IMG/VR virus record: IMGVR_UViG_3300019886_000004
Location: 32,001 to 96,000 of that record
Reading direction: 5' to 3' (one strand)
From: a virus
Length of the DNA: 64,000 bases
Shown: positions 10,108 through 19,029 of the stretch, piece after piece
Position numbering within the stretch: the first letter of the stretch is position 1
How the letters are laid out: each line of letters opens with the position of its first letter
Position numbers and translations under genes: made by a program
Notes under the pieces: model-generated
The model's input: only the letters and a program-made list of their open reading frames with translations
Told to the model about the DNA's origin: nothing
The model's database searches: none

Positions 10108-11058
10108 ATGACAAAAACACAACTAAAAAAAGAAATCTTATCAAAGAAGTCCCTTTTAAAAAAGGGATCAGGATGGTTATCAGAAAAATACCAATGTGAT
10201 GTTTCTATAGTAAAAGAGGTTCTTTCAGATCTAAAAGAAGAAGCTAAAACTTATAGAAATCAGATACCTACTAGAATAGTTGGAAGGAGAGTTGTTCAAA
10301 CTTTCTATGATAAAATAAAAGAAAAAAACCCAGATTTAGAAGTTAAATATGAAGCACCAAAACAAGAAGTTTTAAATATAAAACCTTTTAAAGATGGAAA
10401 TAAAGATAATGTCCTATTTATAGGAGATCTACATGCTCCTTTTATTTTAGATGGATATTTAGAGTTTAATATGGAACTTCAAAAAAAATATAACTGTGGT
10501 ACAGTTATATTTGCAGGTGATATTATAGATTCACATTCGTGGTCATTTCATGAGCATAATGTGGATGGTATGAGTGTAAGAGATGAAATCACCGCAGCCA
10601 CCAATCAGTTAAAACAGTGGTATAAAGCATTTCCAATAGCCACCGTATTATTTGGAAATCATGATCTTTTAATATCTAGAAAAGCAAGTGCATATGGTTT
10701 ATCTCAGATATTTCTTAAATATTTTGGAGATATTATAGAAGCACCTAAGACTTGGAATTTTGTGCATGAACTTTATAGAGATAATGTTCTTTACATACAT
10801 GGTTCACAAGGTAACGCAATAGATAGAGCATCCACCATACGTCATTCTATTTGTCAGGGTCATCTTCATTCTCAAGCCTTTGTACAATGGTCAGTATCTG
10901 AAATAGATTCGATTTTTGGACTTCAGGTAGGTTGCGGATTAGATCGTAAAGCATATGCGTTTGAATATGCTAAAGATATGCCAAAGAAACCTATAATTAG
11001 TTCTGGAGTCATACTTGATAAGGGAAAATTACCCATAATTCATTTAATGAGTTTGTAA
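10108..11058 (+). CDS. Calcineurin-like metallophosphoesterase
   Basis: Motifs GDLH, GDIID, GNHD, HG, GHLH. ATG 10108 chosen because the TTG at 10066 lies inside the promoter. Confidence 0.85.
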   Translation: MTKTQLKKEILSKKSLLKKGSGWLSEKYQCDVSIVKEVLSDLKEEAKTYRNQIPTRIVGRRVVQTFYDKIKEKNPDLEVKYEAPKQEVLNIKPFKDGNKDNVLFIGDLHAPFILDGYLEFNMELQKKYNCGTVIFAGDIIDSHSWSFHEHNVDGMSVRDEITAATNQLKQWYKAFPIATVLFGNHDLLISRKASAYGLSQIFLKYFGDIIEAPKTWNFVHELYRDNVLYIHGSQGNAIDRASTIRHSICQGHLHSQAFVQWSVSEIDSIFGLQVGCGLDRKAYAFEYAKDMPKKPIISSGVILDKGKLPIIHLMSL

Positions 11059-11079
11059 TTGTCATGGTGTGTGTTAATT

Positions 11080-11110
11080 AATCCTCAGAGAAATCTGGGG
11101 ATTTTTTATT
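11080..11110 (+). terminator. Intrinsic terminator
   Basis: aatcctcaga-gaaa-tctggggatt followed by tttt. Confidence 0.85.
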
Positions 11111-11129
11111 TAATTAACTTATAAAATTA

Positions 11130-11162
11130 TTTGTTAATATAGAGAAAATGTGTTATATTATA
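11130..11162 (+). promoter_or_regulatory. Variant (putative late) promoter
   Basis: TTTG-N20-TATATTATA, one of four copies in the window. Confidence 0.65.
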
Positions 11163-11196
11163 GTACCGAATATCATTTGAAAACTAAACTTACCAA

Positions 11197-11781
11197 GTGA
11201 AGACATATAGAATATGTGATAGAAAAGAACCCAGATTTAGAGTATCTAAATTTAGATATTCAAATTTAAATAGAGAATTATTTGATAGATTTAAAGAAGC
11301 TAATCCAAGTATAAAAATAGATTATCTATTTTTTAAAGATATCATTTTTTCAATAAATGAAGAGATTATAAATCATGTCATAGAAAATAAAGAAGGTGTA
11401 TTTTTACCTTCTGGTATGGGTAGGATTTACCTAGGATTATTTCCGCCAAAAGAGAGATACAAAAAAGCTGAAACAATAAGAAACCAGGGTATACATGCTA
11501 CTCATTTTAACTTTGATTCAGATGGTTTAGTTGGTAAAATAATATGGGTATCTAATGATTCAAAATATAAAACTAAAAACTTAAGATTCTATGGTTTTGT
11601 AGGTCATAGAAATTTTAAAACAAAAGCTTCGCAAGGTTTTAAAAACACACCTGAAAAGTATCTAAAAGATATGATGTGGACAAGAAATATTGAGTATACA
11701 AAGAGAAAAATAAATGAAAGAAACGAAATTAACAGTCAGAGCGGCAATCAGCCAAATCAAGATACCGAACAAAGCAGTTAA
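11197..11781 (+). CDS. IHF/HU-like protein of the crAss tail module
   Basis: Basic 194-aa protein. EGVFLPSGMGRIYL resembles the HU/IHF arm region. Precedes ring/tail genes. Confidence 0.55.
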   Translation: MKTYRICDRKEPRFRVSKFRYSNLNRELFDRFKEANPSIKIDYLFFKDIIFSINEEIINHVIENKEGVFLPSGMGRIYLGLFPPKERYKKAETIRNQGIHATHFNFDSDGLVGKIIWVSNDSKYKTKNLRFYGFVGHRNFKTKASQGFKNTPEKYLKDMMWTRNIEYTKRKINERNEINSQSGNQPNQDTEQSS

Positions 11782-12406
11782 TGCTGACTCAAGACTAACT
11801 AATAAATATATCTATTCTTTACTTAGAAAACATAGAGATTTTCTACTTAAACAAGTAGATAGTAAGTTTCAGTTAATGAAACTTGGTTATTTGTTTCAAA
11901 CATGGAAATGTGTAGATTTAGAACCTGTTTCAACTATCGAAGAATGCTGTGGATTAAAAACAAATTGTACAATATATAAAACTAGAAAAAAACTTCCATA
12001 TATAATTTCAGGATCATGGGGACCCATTTTTAGAAAAGTTTCTAGTTTAGATGGATTTACAGAATTTACTTATATACCCATATCAGAATGGAATAGAAGA
12101 CAAGAAGATACTAATAACAAATATAACAAAACTCTTTATTATTTTTGGAGTGATGGACATCTTTTCTTTCCAAATGTAGAATGGAAGAAAGTTAAAATAG
12201 AAGCTTTATTTGAGGAAGATATTGAGAAGTATAATGAATGTTGTGAAGAAGTAGATCCATGTAAAACATTCTTGGATAATACATTTAGAATACCAAAAGA
12301 ATTAATGAGAGCTTGTATTGATCTAGTTAACATGGAAGTTCTTAAAGAATATCAAATAGTAAAAGAAGATGAACAAATAGATAAAAATGCAACAAGGCGT
12401 GATTGA
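11714..12406 (+). CDS. Putative tail ring protein
   Basis: 230 aa (CVDLEPV...CC...YYFWSDGHLFF...IEALFE). Synteny before tubular and muzzle genes. Confidence 0.6.
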   Translation: MKETKLTVRAAISQIKIPNKAVNADSRLTNKYIYSLLRKHRDFLLKQVDSKFQLMKLGYLFQTWKCVDLEPVSTIEECCGLKTNCTIYKTRKKLPYIISGSWGPIFRKVSSLDGFTEFTYIPISEWNRRQEDTNNKYNKTLYYFWSDGHLFFPNVEWKKVKIEALFEEDIEKYNECCEEVDPCKTFLDNTFRIPKELMRACIDLVNMEVLKEYQIVKEDEQIDKNATRRD

Positions 12407-13019
12407 TATTAAAGATTATGATAAAAAGGATTCTTGTATATATTCAATAAAAAATATTGATAATAATAAAATTTATATAGGATCAACGAAGAATTTTCAT
12501 AAGAGAGCTAAAGATCATAAAAATGACCTTAAAGGAAGTAGACATGGTAATATACATCTTCAAAGATCTTTTAATTTAGGAAATATCCTAGAAATGAAAA
12601 TAGTAGAAAAATGTTTAGAAGAAAGTTTAGTTGAAAGAGAAAAATATTATATGAAAATTTATGATTCAAAAAACAGAGATTTTGGATATAATATATGTGA
12701 TCCTCTAAGAGGACCTTGTAAAAAATTAACAAAGCAACAGATTGAAAATTTAGCAGAAGCAAGAAGAAGAGCTTTTAAAATTAAAGGTATGAAAAAACAA
12801 GAACCAGAACATATATTTAAAGCTGCGAAAGGTAAATGGAAGAAAGTGGATGTTTTTGATTCAAATAAGAATTTGTTATTTACATCTGATAGTATGATAG
12901 ATGCAGAAAACAAAACAGGAGTAAAAAGACAGAATATAAGTCTTGGATGTAGACTTAGAAAATATATTTTAGGTGGATACATATTTAGATATCATAGCGA
13001 AAATATAAAAATAAATTAA
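12387..13019 (+). CDS. Free-standing GIY-YIG homing endonuclease
   Basis: CIYSIKNIDNNKIYIGST...R...H...HLQRS...E...GYN, with a NUMOD-like C-terminus. Confidence 0.85.
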   Translation: MQQGVIDIKDYDKKDSCIYSIKNIDNNKIYIGSTKNFHKRAKDHKNDLKGSRHGNIHLQRSFNLGNILEMKIVEKCLEESLVEREKYYMKIYDSKNRDFGYNICDPLRGPCKKLTKQQIENLAEARRRAFKIKGMKKQEPEHIFKAAKGKWKKVDVFDSNKNLLFTSDSMIDAENKTGVKRQNISLGCRLRKYILGGYIFRYHSENIKIN

Positions 13020-13021
13020 CT

Positions 13022-13978
13022 ATGCCAACTACAATAAACAATAATCGTTTTAAGACGTTTGATCAATTAATGGCATCTGTTGAATCAGATATTGATAAAT
13101 TCACTGATGAAGGATATGTTAATAGAGGTTTATTTATAAAAGAAGTACGTAAGGTAAATGCAGATCTTGGTTTGAAAATTAACATTGAGCGCGAAACTGT
13201 ATTAGAAGTACAAGATTATGTAGCATTATTACCACCAGATTTCCTATTTTTACAGTTAGCATTAGCTTGTCATGTTTCTTATGTTAGAATACCTGTAATA
13301 AGAGGTATACAAACAGAGATGCATAGTGAACAAATTGAAACAAATGGTATAAGTGAAATACCAACTAGTTGTTTTTTAGAAAGTTGTGATTTTGGTAATT
13401 GTGGCGGACCATGTGAAAAATGTATGTGGGTAACTCAAAAAGTAGGTGTTAAAATTCATACTTTTACTGATCTAAAAGAACTTCAATTAACTAAATCATC
13501 TCACGGTAGATGTTCTGATAATTGTCTTAATTTAAGATTTAAGTCTCCACATCAAATAAAAATAGAGGATGATCACGCTACTTTCTCTTTTAGAGAAGGA
13601 AAGGTCTATATTAATTATTTGGCTGATATGGTAGATGAAGAAAATAATGTAATAATTCTAGACCATCCTACTGTAAATGACTATTACGAATATGCAGTAA
13701 AGAAGAAGTTCTTTGAAAATATGTTTTTAAATAAAGAAGGAGATTTTCTACAAGCTTATCAAGCTATGCAAGCTGAATTACTTAAAGCTAGAACGTTAGC
13801 AATAACTTTTGTAAATACTCCAGAATACGGAGACTTACAGAAAATGTTTATAGATAATAGAAATAGATTTTATAAAAAATATGTAAGGTATTTTGATAAT
13901 AACGATCAAGGATATTACAATGGAGAAAGTCATGGTAATGGACATTTCGGGAGCAATAGACCAGGACGCATTTGGTAA
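13022..13978 (+). CDS. Tail tubular / ring protein
   Basis: ALLPPDF and TFSFREGKVYINY...DEENNVII motifs. Lies just upstream of the muzzle gene. Confidence 0.65.
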   Translation: MPTTINNNRFKTFDQLMASVESDIDKFTDEGYVNRGLFIKEVRKVNADLGLKINIERETVLEVQDYVALLPPDFLFLQLALACHVSYVRIPVIRGIQTEMHSEQIETNGISEIPTSCFLESCDFGNCGGPCEKCMWVTQKVGVKIHTFTDLKELQLTKSSHGRCSDNCLNLRFKSPHQIKIEDDHATFSFREGKVYINYLADMVDEENNVIILDHPTVNDYYEYAVKKKFFENMFLNKEGDFLQAYQAMQAELLKARTLAITFVNTPEYGDLQKMFIDNRNRFYKKYVRYFDNNDQGYYNGESHGNGHFGSNRPGRIW

Positions 13979-14426
13979 GATTATAAAAGCTTACAATGAT
14001 TTAAGTCCTGATGGAGAATTGCAAATATATATAAATAGTTCGGGTGGCGATCCAGAAATAGGAGATGCTATAGTAGATCTGATAAACAATAATTCAGAAA
14101 TAACAACTTTAATAGGATATGGAAAACTTTGTAGTGCTTGCTTCGATTTATACTTCAAGACTAGATGTACTAAACGATTACTTAATGGAACAATTGGAAT
14201 GGCCCATCTAAGTAGAGTTGAAATGGAAACTTTTACTATCACAGACAATAAAGAGAGAATGGAAGCTGATGTTTATAAAAAATGGTGGAATGAAGATAAA
14301 AATAAGAGATTAAAGTTTTATGAAGAAATTGGGCTTGAAAAAAAGGAAATACTTAAAATAAAAAAGAGAGGAGACGTTTACTTTCAACATAATAGACTAT
14401 TAGAATTACTTAATGGAAAATCTTAA
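13920..14426 (+). CDS. ClpP-like serine protease
   Basis: LQIYINSSGG...GYGKLCSAC...IGMAH parallels ClpP (YINSPGG, nucleophile Ser, His). Likely ATG at 13920, overlapping the upstream gene by 59 nt. Confidence 0.65.
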   Translation: MEKVMVMDISGAIDQDAFGKIIKAYNDLSPDGELQIYINSSGGDPEIGDAIVDLINNNSEITTLIGYGKLCSACFDLYFKTRCTKRLLNGTIGMAHLSRVEMETFTITDNKERMEADVYKKWWNEDKNKRLKFYEEIGLEKKEILKIKKRGDVYFQHNRLLELLNGKS

Positions 14427-17400
14427 TTCCAACTATATAAATACTCCTGGTAAAGGTTTAATAACAGATTTAGATGCTTATTTGGTATCAAAGGAGTTGT
14501 ATACCTATGCTAGGAATTCTAATTTAAACACACATCAAGGAAATTTAAGTTTTCTGACAAACGAAGTCAGTAATCAGCATTGTGTGGATTTACCTTACAT
14601 TTGTATAGGATTTGTTAAATTAATAGGATTTAGATGGGCATTATTTTTAACAGATAATACCAGTAGTGAAATTGGTATATTTAACAGTAGTGATTGTTCA
14701 TATACAAAAATAGTAAATGATAAATGTCTTAATTTCAACACTTCTCATTTAGTAAAAGCATCTTCTAAAGAGAACTTTGATTGTTCTGAAAGTCTTTATT
14801 GGACAGATGGTAATAATCCAAGAAGAACTCTCAATTTATCAAAAATACCTTATCTTTTTATATTAGCTGATGATGTATGTCAAACAAAACAATTTACTAA
14901 AAATTTAGATTGTAATAAAATATTGATGACACCTCAACTAACTATTCCAGTTATAGATGTTACTTTAGGAGGTGGTGGAGAATTATCCAATGGTGCTTAT
15001 CAATTTGCAGTGGCTTATTCTATAAATAAGCAAAGAGTATCAGATTATTATTCAATAACTACACCACAGGATATTTGGTCTCATTTTAATTTAGGTCAGG
15101 CCTTAAATATAAATATAACTAATTTAGATAGAGATTTTGATGAATATGAATTGGTTGTTATATACACGCAGAAGCAAACTACAACTGCTAAATCAGTTGG
15201 ATTTTTTTCTACATCAACTAGTTTTCATCAAATAGATAATATAAATCGTCCAGAATATTTAACTCTTCCTTTCGAAGATATTTTAACTTTAAGACCAAAA
15301 TATTTCTTAGCTGATGATGTAGTAAATAATGATCAATTTCTTTTATGGTCGGGAGTAACTACTCGCCCAGAATTAAATTATCAATTACAGGCTATGAATA
15401 TAGTTCCTAAATGGGTTCTATATCAAGTATCACCGGATTACTATGTCAATGGTGGAAATAATGTAGGATATTGTAGAAGAGAGAGATATGGATTTGGTAT
15501 TCAATGGTTATTTAATACGGGACAATGGTCTAGTGCTTTTCATATACCTGGCAGAAAATCCGAAACAAAGGATTTAACTCAAGCTGTAGGATCAGATGTA
15601 TATGAAGTAATAACACCTAATAATCCTAATCTTCCAAAGTACTTTCAAGTATATGACACGTCTAAAAAAGGCATTGTAGTAGGATCTAAATCAACTATAC
15701 CAGGACCAATATTAGAAGGTGAAATGGGATACTGGGAAAGTACAGAAACATATCCGGATAATGTAATTCAATTTGGAACAGATGCCTGTACACCAATTAG
15801 ACATCCACAATTTCCAGGTGAATGTAATGCACCAAGATATCAAAAAGGAGGAGGATTTATAAATCTCTTAGGAGTAAAGTTCGAAAATATAGAACATCCT
15901 AAAGATGATAAAGGAAATTATATAAAAGATATAGTTGGATATAGAGTGGTAAGAAGTAGTAGAGATGGTAATAGATCAGTTATTGCAAAAGGTATGTTCT
16001 CTAACGTTAGAGGATATAAAGAACCGGTGGATCAAGGTGGAGATAATCAAGAAGTATTATATCCAAATTATCCTTATAATGATTTAACAAATGATACTTT
16101 TATATCATCTAAACAAACTAATTATTCGGGTGGAGAAAGAAACTTTACTCCTCTTACTGAAGTAAAAACAGATCAGTTTAATTTTCATTCTCCTCATACT
16201 CTATTTAATAATGTAGCTTTAGGGGAAGAAGTAATATTTGAGACAGAAGAAATAGGTAATGTAAGTGGATCGTTTCAAACTGTTTATAATCATCCTAGAG
16301 ATAAGGTATTAAGTAATTCAGTATTTTGGTTAGCAACAGCAGTTGGTGCTATAGATGGAGTTTTATCTGTGTTTGGTAAAAGATGTGTAACCGGTATAAA
16401 AGACGGTATAGTAAATATATTATCTGTAACACCTACACCAGCTGATATTACAATAACTGCTATTGGTATGCAGTTTTTACAGCAATGTGAAGGACTTGTA
16501 AATGGACTTAGTTTTACTCAAATACTTCAATTACCAGCTATAGAAGCCATCGCAAAAGCAGCATTAAAGATTTTACAAACAGCAGCTGCAGCAGGGATGG
16601 GAGTTTATTTTGCATTTAATACTGCTAATCAAATAATAAGAGATTTACAATCTTTTATGACTTATCAGAAATATGCTATTCAATATAATAGTCATGGTAT
16701 ATTTAATAATTATGCTTGTGCTCCAATAGATAATACAAGAAGAAAATTAAATTATTATCAATATTTATATGATGGAATCAATACAGTTAATAATGTTAAG
16801 TTTAATAACTTCAAAAGAGAGTCTTCTGTATACTTACAACTTAGTGATGTAATAGCTCCTCCCACGCATAATGATAATACAAGAAAGAATATAATGGATG
16901 CTGGTAAATGTAATGCTCCATTTAGCTCTTTTAATACTATAGCTAGTCTTTATTACGGAATGATAAAAAATAAGATTAGTGATCAGTATGGTCAAATAGA
17001 TTCTATCGTTTATCAAGATACTGGTTATACTAATTTAAATCTTGTTAGCTCCGAAGCAATAGGTAGCACTGATCTTTTTTATATGACCGATACTGTTTTT
17101 GGAGGTGATACGTATATAAATAGATTTGCATTTAATAAACATCATCAGTTTTTCAGACAAAATATAGCAAACAGTAATTTTCCAGATGGTACTGAGTTTG
17201 ATTATAGCCAATATAGAAATGTAGGTTTTCCTAGGTTTTGGTTAAATAGTGAGAGATATGATATGTCCGAAGTTATTGTAGTAGGTAAAAGTCCTAGTAA
17301 ATTACCTAATAATAAATATAACTTAGATTGTACTGTTTCTCCAGGTGGATTACAAATACTTAATCTTAAAAATGTAGGGGGTTATTTTCATCTTTATAAT

Positions 17401-19029
17401 AGTGGTATAGTAGATTTCTTTGTAGAATCTGATTATAATTTAGACTACAGAGATTATACAGGACAATTTCAAAACTTCTATTCTAGGACTCAGACTAGTT
17501 TAAGTGATATATTTAGAAGTGATAGAATAGATACACCTGAACAATTCATATATGATAAATCTTTATCTAAACAATTGATTGAAAATTCTATATTACAACA
17601 AAGGATAGATTATGATCCATTAATAGATGAGACTTGTTTTTCTAAATATAAAAATAGAGTAGCTTATTCATTACCAGCATCACTAGATTTAAAGAGTGAT
17701 AACTGGTTAGTTTACTTAACAAATAATTATTATGATTTTCCTTTGTCCGACTTTGGTGCTATCACAGGTATGCATGCTGTTGACAACCAACAAATATTAT
17801 TTACATTCGATAAATCCGCTCCCTACATAACAATAGGTAGAGATGAATTACAAACGACTTCTGGTCTAAAAGTAGTTATAGGAGATGCTGGATTATTTGC
17901 AAGAGAACCTCGTCCTCTTTTATATACTGATTACTGGTATGGTAATTCACAATCTAGGTGGGCTTTTGTGAATACTCAATTTGGATCATTATATACCTCT
18001 CAGAGACAAGGTAGAATATTCAATTGGAAAGGACAAATAGAAGAGATAAGTAGAAAAGGTATGCATTGGTGGTTTAAGAATTATTTACCAAGTAACCTTT
18101 TAAGACAATTTCCAGACTTTAAAGATTCAGATAATCCTGTAGTTGGAGTAGGTTTAACTAGTGGTTGGGATAATACAGATGAAAAATATTATTTATCTAA
18201 AAGGGATTACATACTCAAAGACACATATGTTGGTACCCTTTTATATGATTCTGTAAAGAATGAATTAACTTATGGAGGTAATAAAGTAAAACTAGGAGAT
18301 CCTATCTATTTTGATGATGCTTCTTGGACAATATCATATAGTCCAAAAGATGAAATGTTTGTAAGCTGGCATGATTGGCAACCTGATTGGATCATACAAG
18401 GAGAAAAACATTTTTTTACTATTAAGTTCAACCAGATTTGGACACATAATAATAGATGCGATTCTTATTGTAATTTCTATAATCAGGACTATCCATGGGA
18501 GATTGAGTACTTAGTTAATAATGGCGGACAAGTTGAAGTATTAAGAAACATAGAATACATACTTGAATCTGGTATTTATTATGATAACTGCAGGTATTTT
18601 CATCAGATTCTAGATGATAACTTTGATACCTTAGTAGTTCATAACCTAGAGCAATCTAGTGGCTATTTAGGTCTTAAATTACGTAAGAGAAACAATATAA
18701 GTGATATATTAAACTATCCTAACTTAACACCAGAAGGTTGGTTAGTATCTTATTCTAAAACCGAACAAAAAACTAGAATAGATCAGTTCTTTGATTTAAC
18801 TAAAGATAGAGGAGAATATACTAAGAATAATTATCCACTTTGGACTGTAGCTCCTAATGGATATATTAGGACCGTCACAGATGCTGCAATTAATCAAGGT
18901 AAAAATATCTTTGAACGTAAACGCTTTAGAAACACTTGGCACAAAATATTATTGTCTAAATCTATTTCATCCAATAAAAAGTACATCCTTAAATTAGCTA
19001 ATTCTAATCAAACAATAAGTCCACGATAA
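14413..19029 (+). CDS. Tail muzzle / stabilization protein
   Basis: 1538 aa, beta-rich. YWTDGNNP, FGGDTYINRF and WTISYSP...WHDW segments resemble crAss muzzle proteins. Synteny supports it. Confidence 0.75.
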   Translation: MENLNSNYINTPGKGLITDLDAYLVSKELYTYARNSNLNTHQGNLSFLTNEVSNQHCVDLPYICIGFVKLIGFRWALFLTDNTSSEIGIFNSSDCSYTKIVNDKCLNFNTSHLVKASSKENFDCSESLYWTDGNNPRRTLNLSKIPYLFILADDVCQTKQFTKNLDCNKILMTPQLTIPVIDVTLGGGGELSNGAYQFAVAYSINKQRVSDYYSITTPQDIWSHFNLGQALNINITNLDRDFDEYELVVIYTQKQTTTAKSVGFFSTSTSFHQIDNINRPEYLTLPFEDILTLRPKYFLADDVVNNDQFLLWSGVTTRPELNYQLQAMNIVPKWVLYQVSPDYYVNGGNNVGYCRRERYGFGIQWLFNTGQWSSAFHIPGRKSETKDLTQAVGSDVYEVITPNNPNLPKYFQVYDTSKKGIVVGSKSTIPGPILEGEMGYWESTETYPDNVIQFGTDACTPIRHPQFPGECNAPRYQKGGGFINLLGVKFENIEHPKDDKGNYIKDIVGYRVVRSSRDGNRSVIAKGMFSNVRGYKEPVDQGGDNQEVLYPNYPYNDLTNDTFISSKQTNYSGGERNFTPLTEVKTDQFNFHSPHTLFNNVALGEEVIFETEEIGNVSGSFQTVYNHPRDKVLSNSVFWLATAVGAIDGVLSVFGKRCVTGIKDGIVNILSVTPTPADITITAIGMQFLQQCEGLVNGLSFTQILQLPAIEAIAKAALKILQTAAAAGMGVYFAFNTANQIIRDLQSFMTYQKYAIQYNSHGIFNNYACAPIDNTRRKLNYYQYLYDGINTVNNVKFNNFKRESSVYLQLSDVIAPPTHNDNTRKNIMDAGKCNAPFSSFNTIASLYYGMIKNKISDQYGQIDSIVYQDTGYTNLNLVSSEAIGSTDLFYMTDTVFGGDTYINRFAFNKHHQFFRQNIANSNFPDGTEFDYSQYRNVGFPRFWLNSERYDMSEVIVVGKSPSKLPNNKYNLDCTVSPGGLQILNLKNVGGYFHLYNSGIVDFFVESDYNLDYRDYTGQFQNFYSRTQTSLSDIFRSDRIDTPEQFIYDKSLSKQLIENSILQQRIDYDPLIDETCFSKYKNRVAYSLPASLDLKSDNWLVYLTNNYYDFPLSDFGAITGMHAVDNQQILFTFDKSAPYITIGRDELQTTSGLKVVIGDAGLFAREPRPLLYTDYWYGNSQSRWAFVNTQFGSLYTSQRQGRIFNWKGQIEEISRKGMHWWFKNYLPSNLLRQFPDFKDSDNPVVGVGLTSGWDNTDEKYYLSKRDYILKDTYVGTLLYDSVKNELTYGGNKVKLGDPIYFDDASWTISYSPKDEMFVSWHDWQPDWIIQGEKHFFTIKFNQIWTHNNRCDSYCNFYNQDYPWEIEYLVNNGGQVEVLRNIEYILESGIYYDNCRYFHQILDDNFDTLVVHNLEQSSGYLGLKLRKRNNISDILNYPNLTPEGWLVSYSKTEQKTRIDQFFDLTKDRGEYTKNNYPLWTVAPNGYIRTVTDAAINQGKNIFERKRFRNTWHKILLSKSISSNKKYILKLANSNQTISPR

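Noticed and set aside
12380-13025. Group I intron around the first GIY-YIG gene
   Set aside because: No P/Q/R/S elements and no non-coding flanks; both neighbouring genes look complete.
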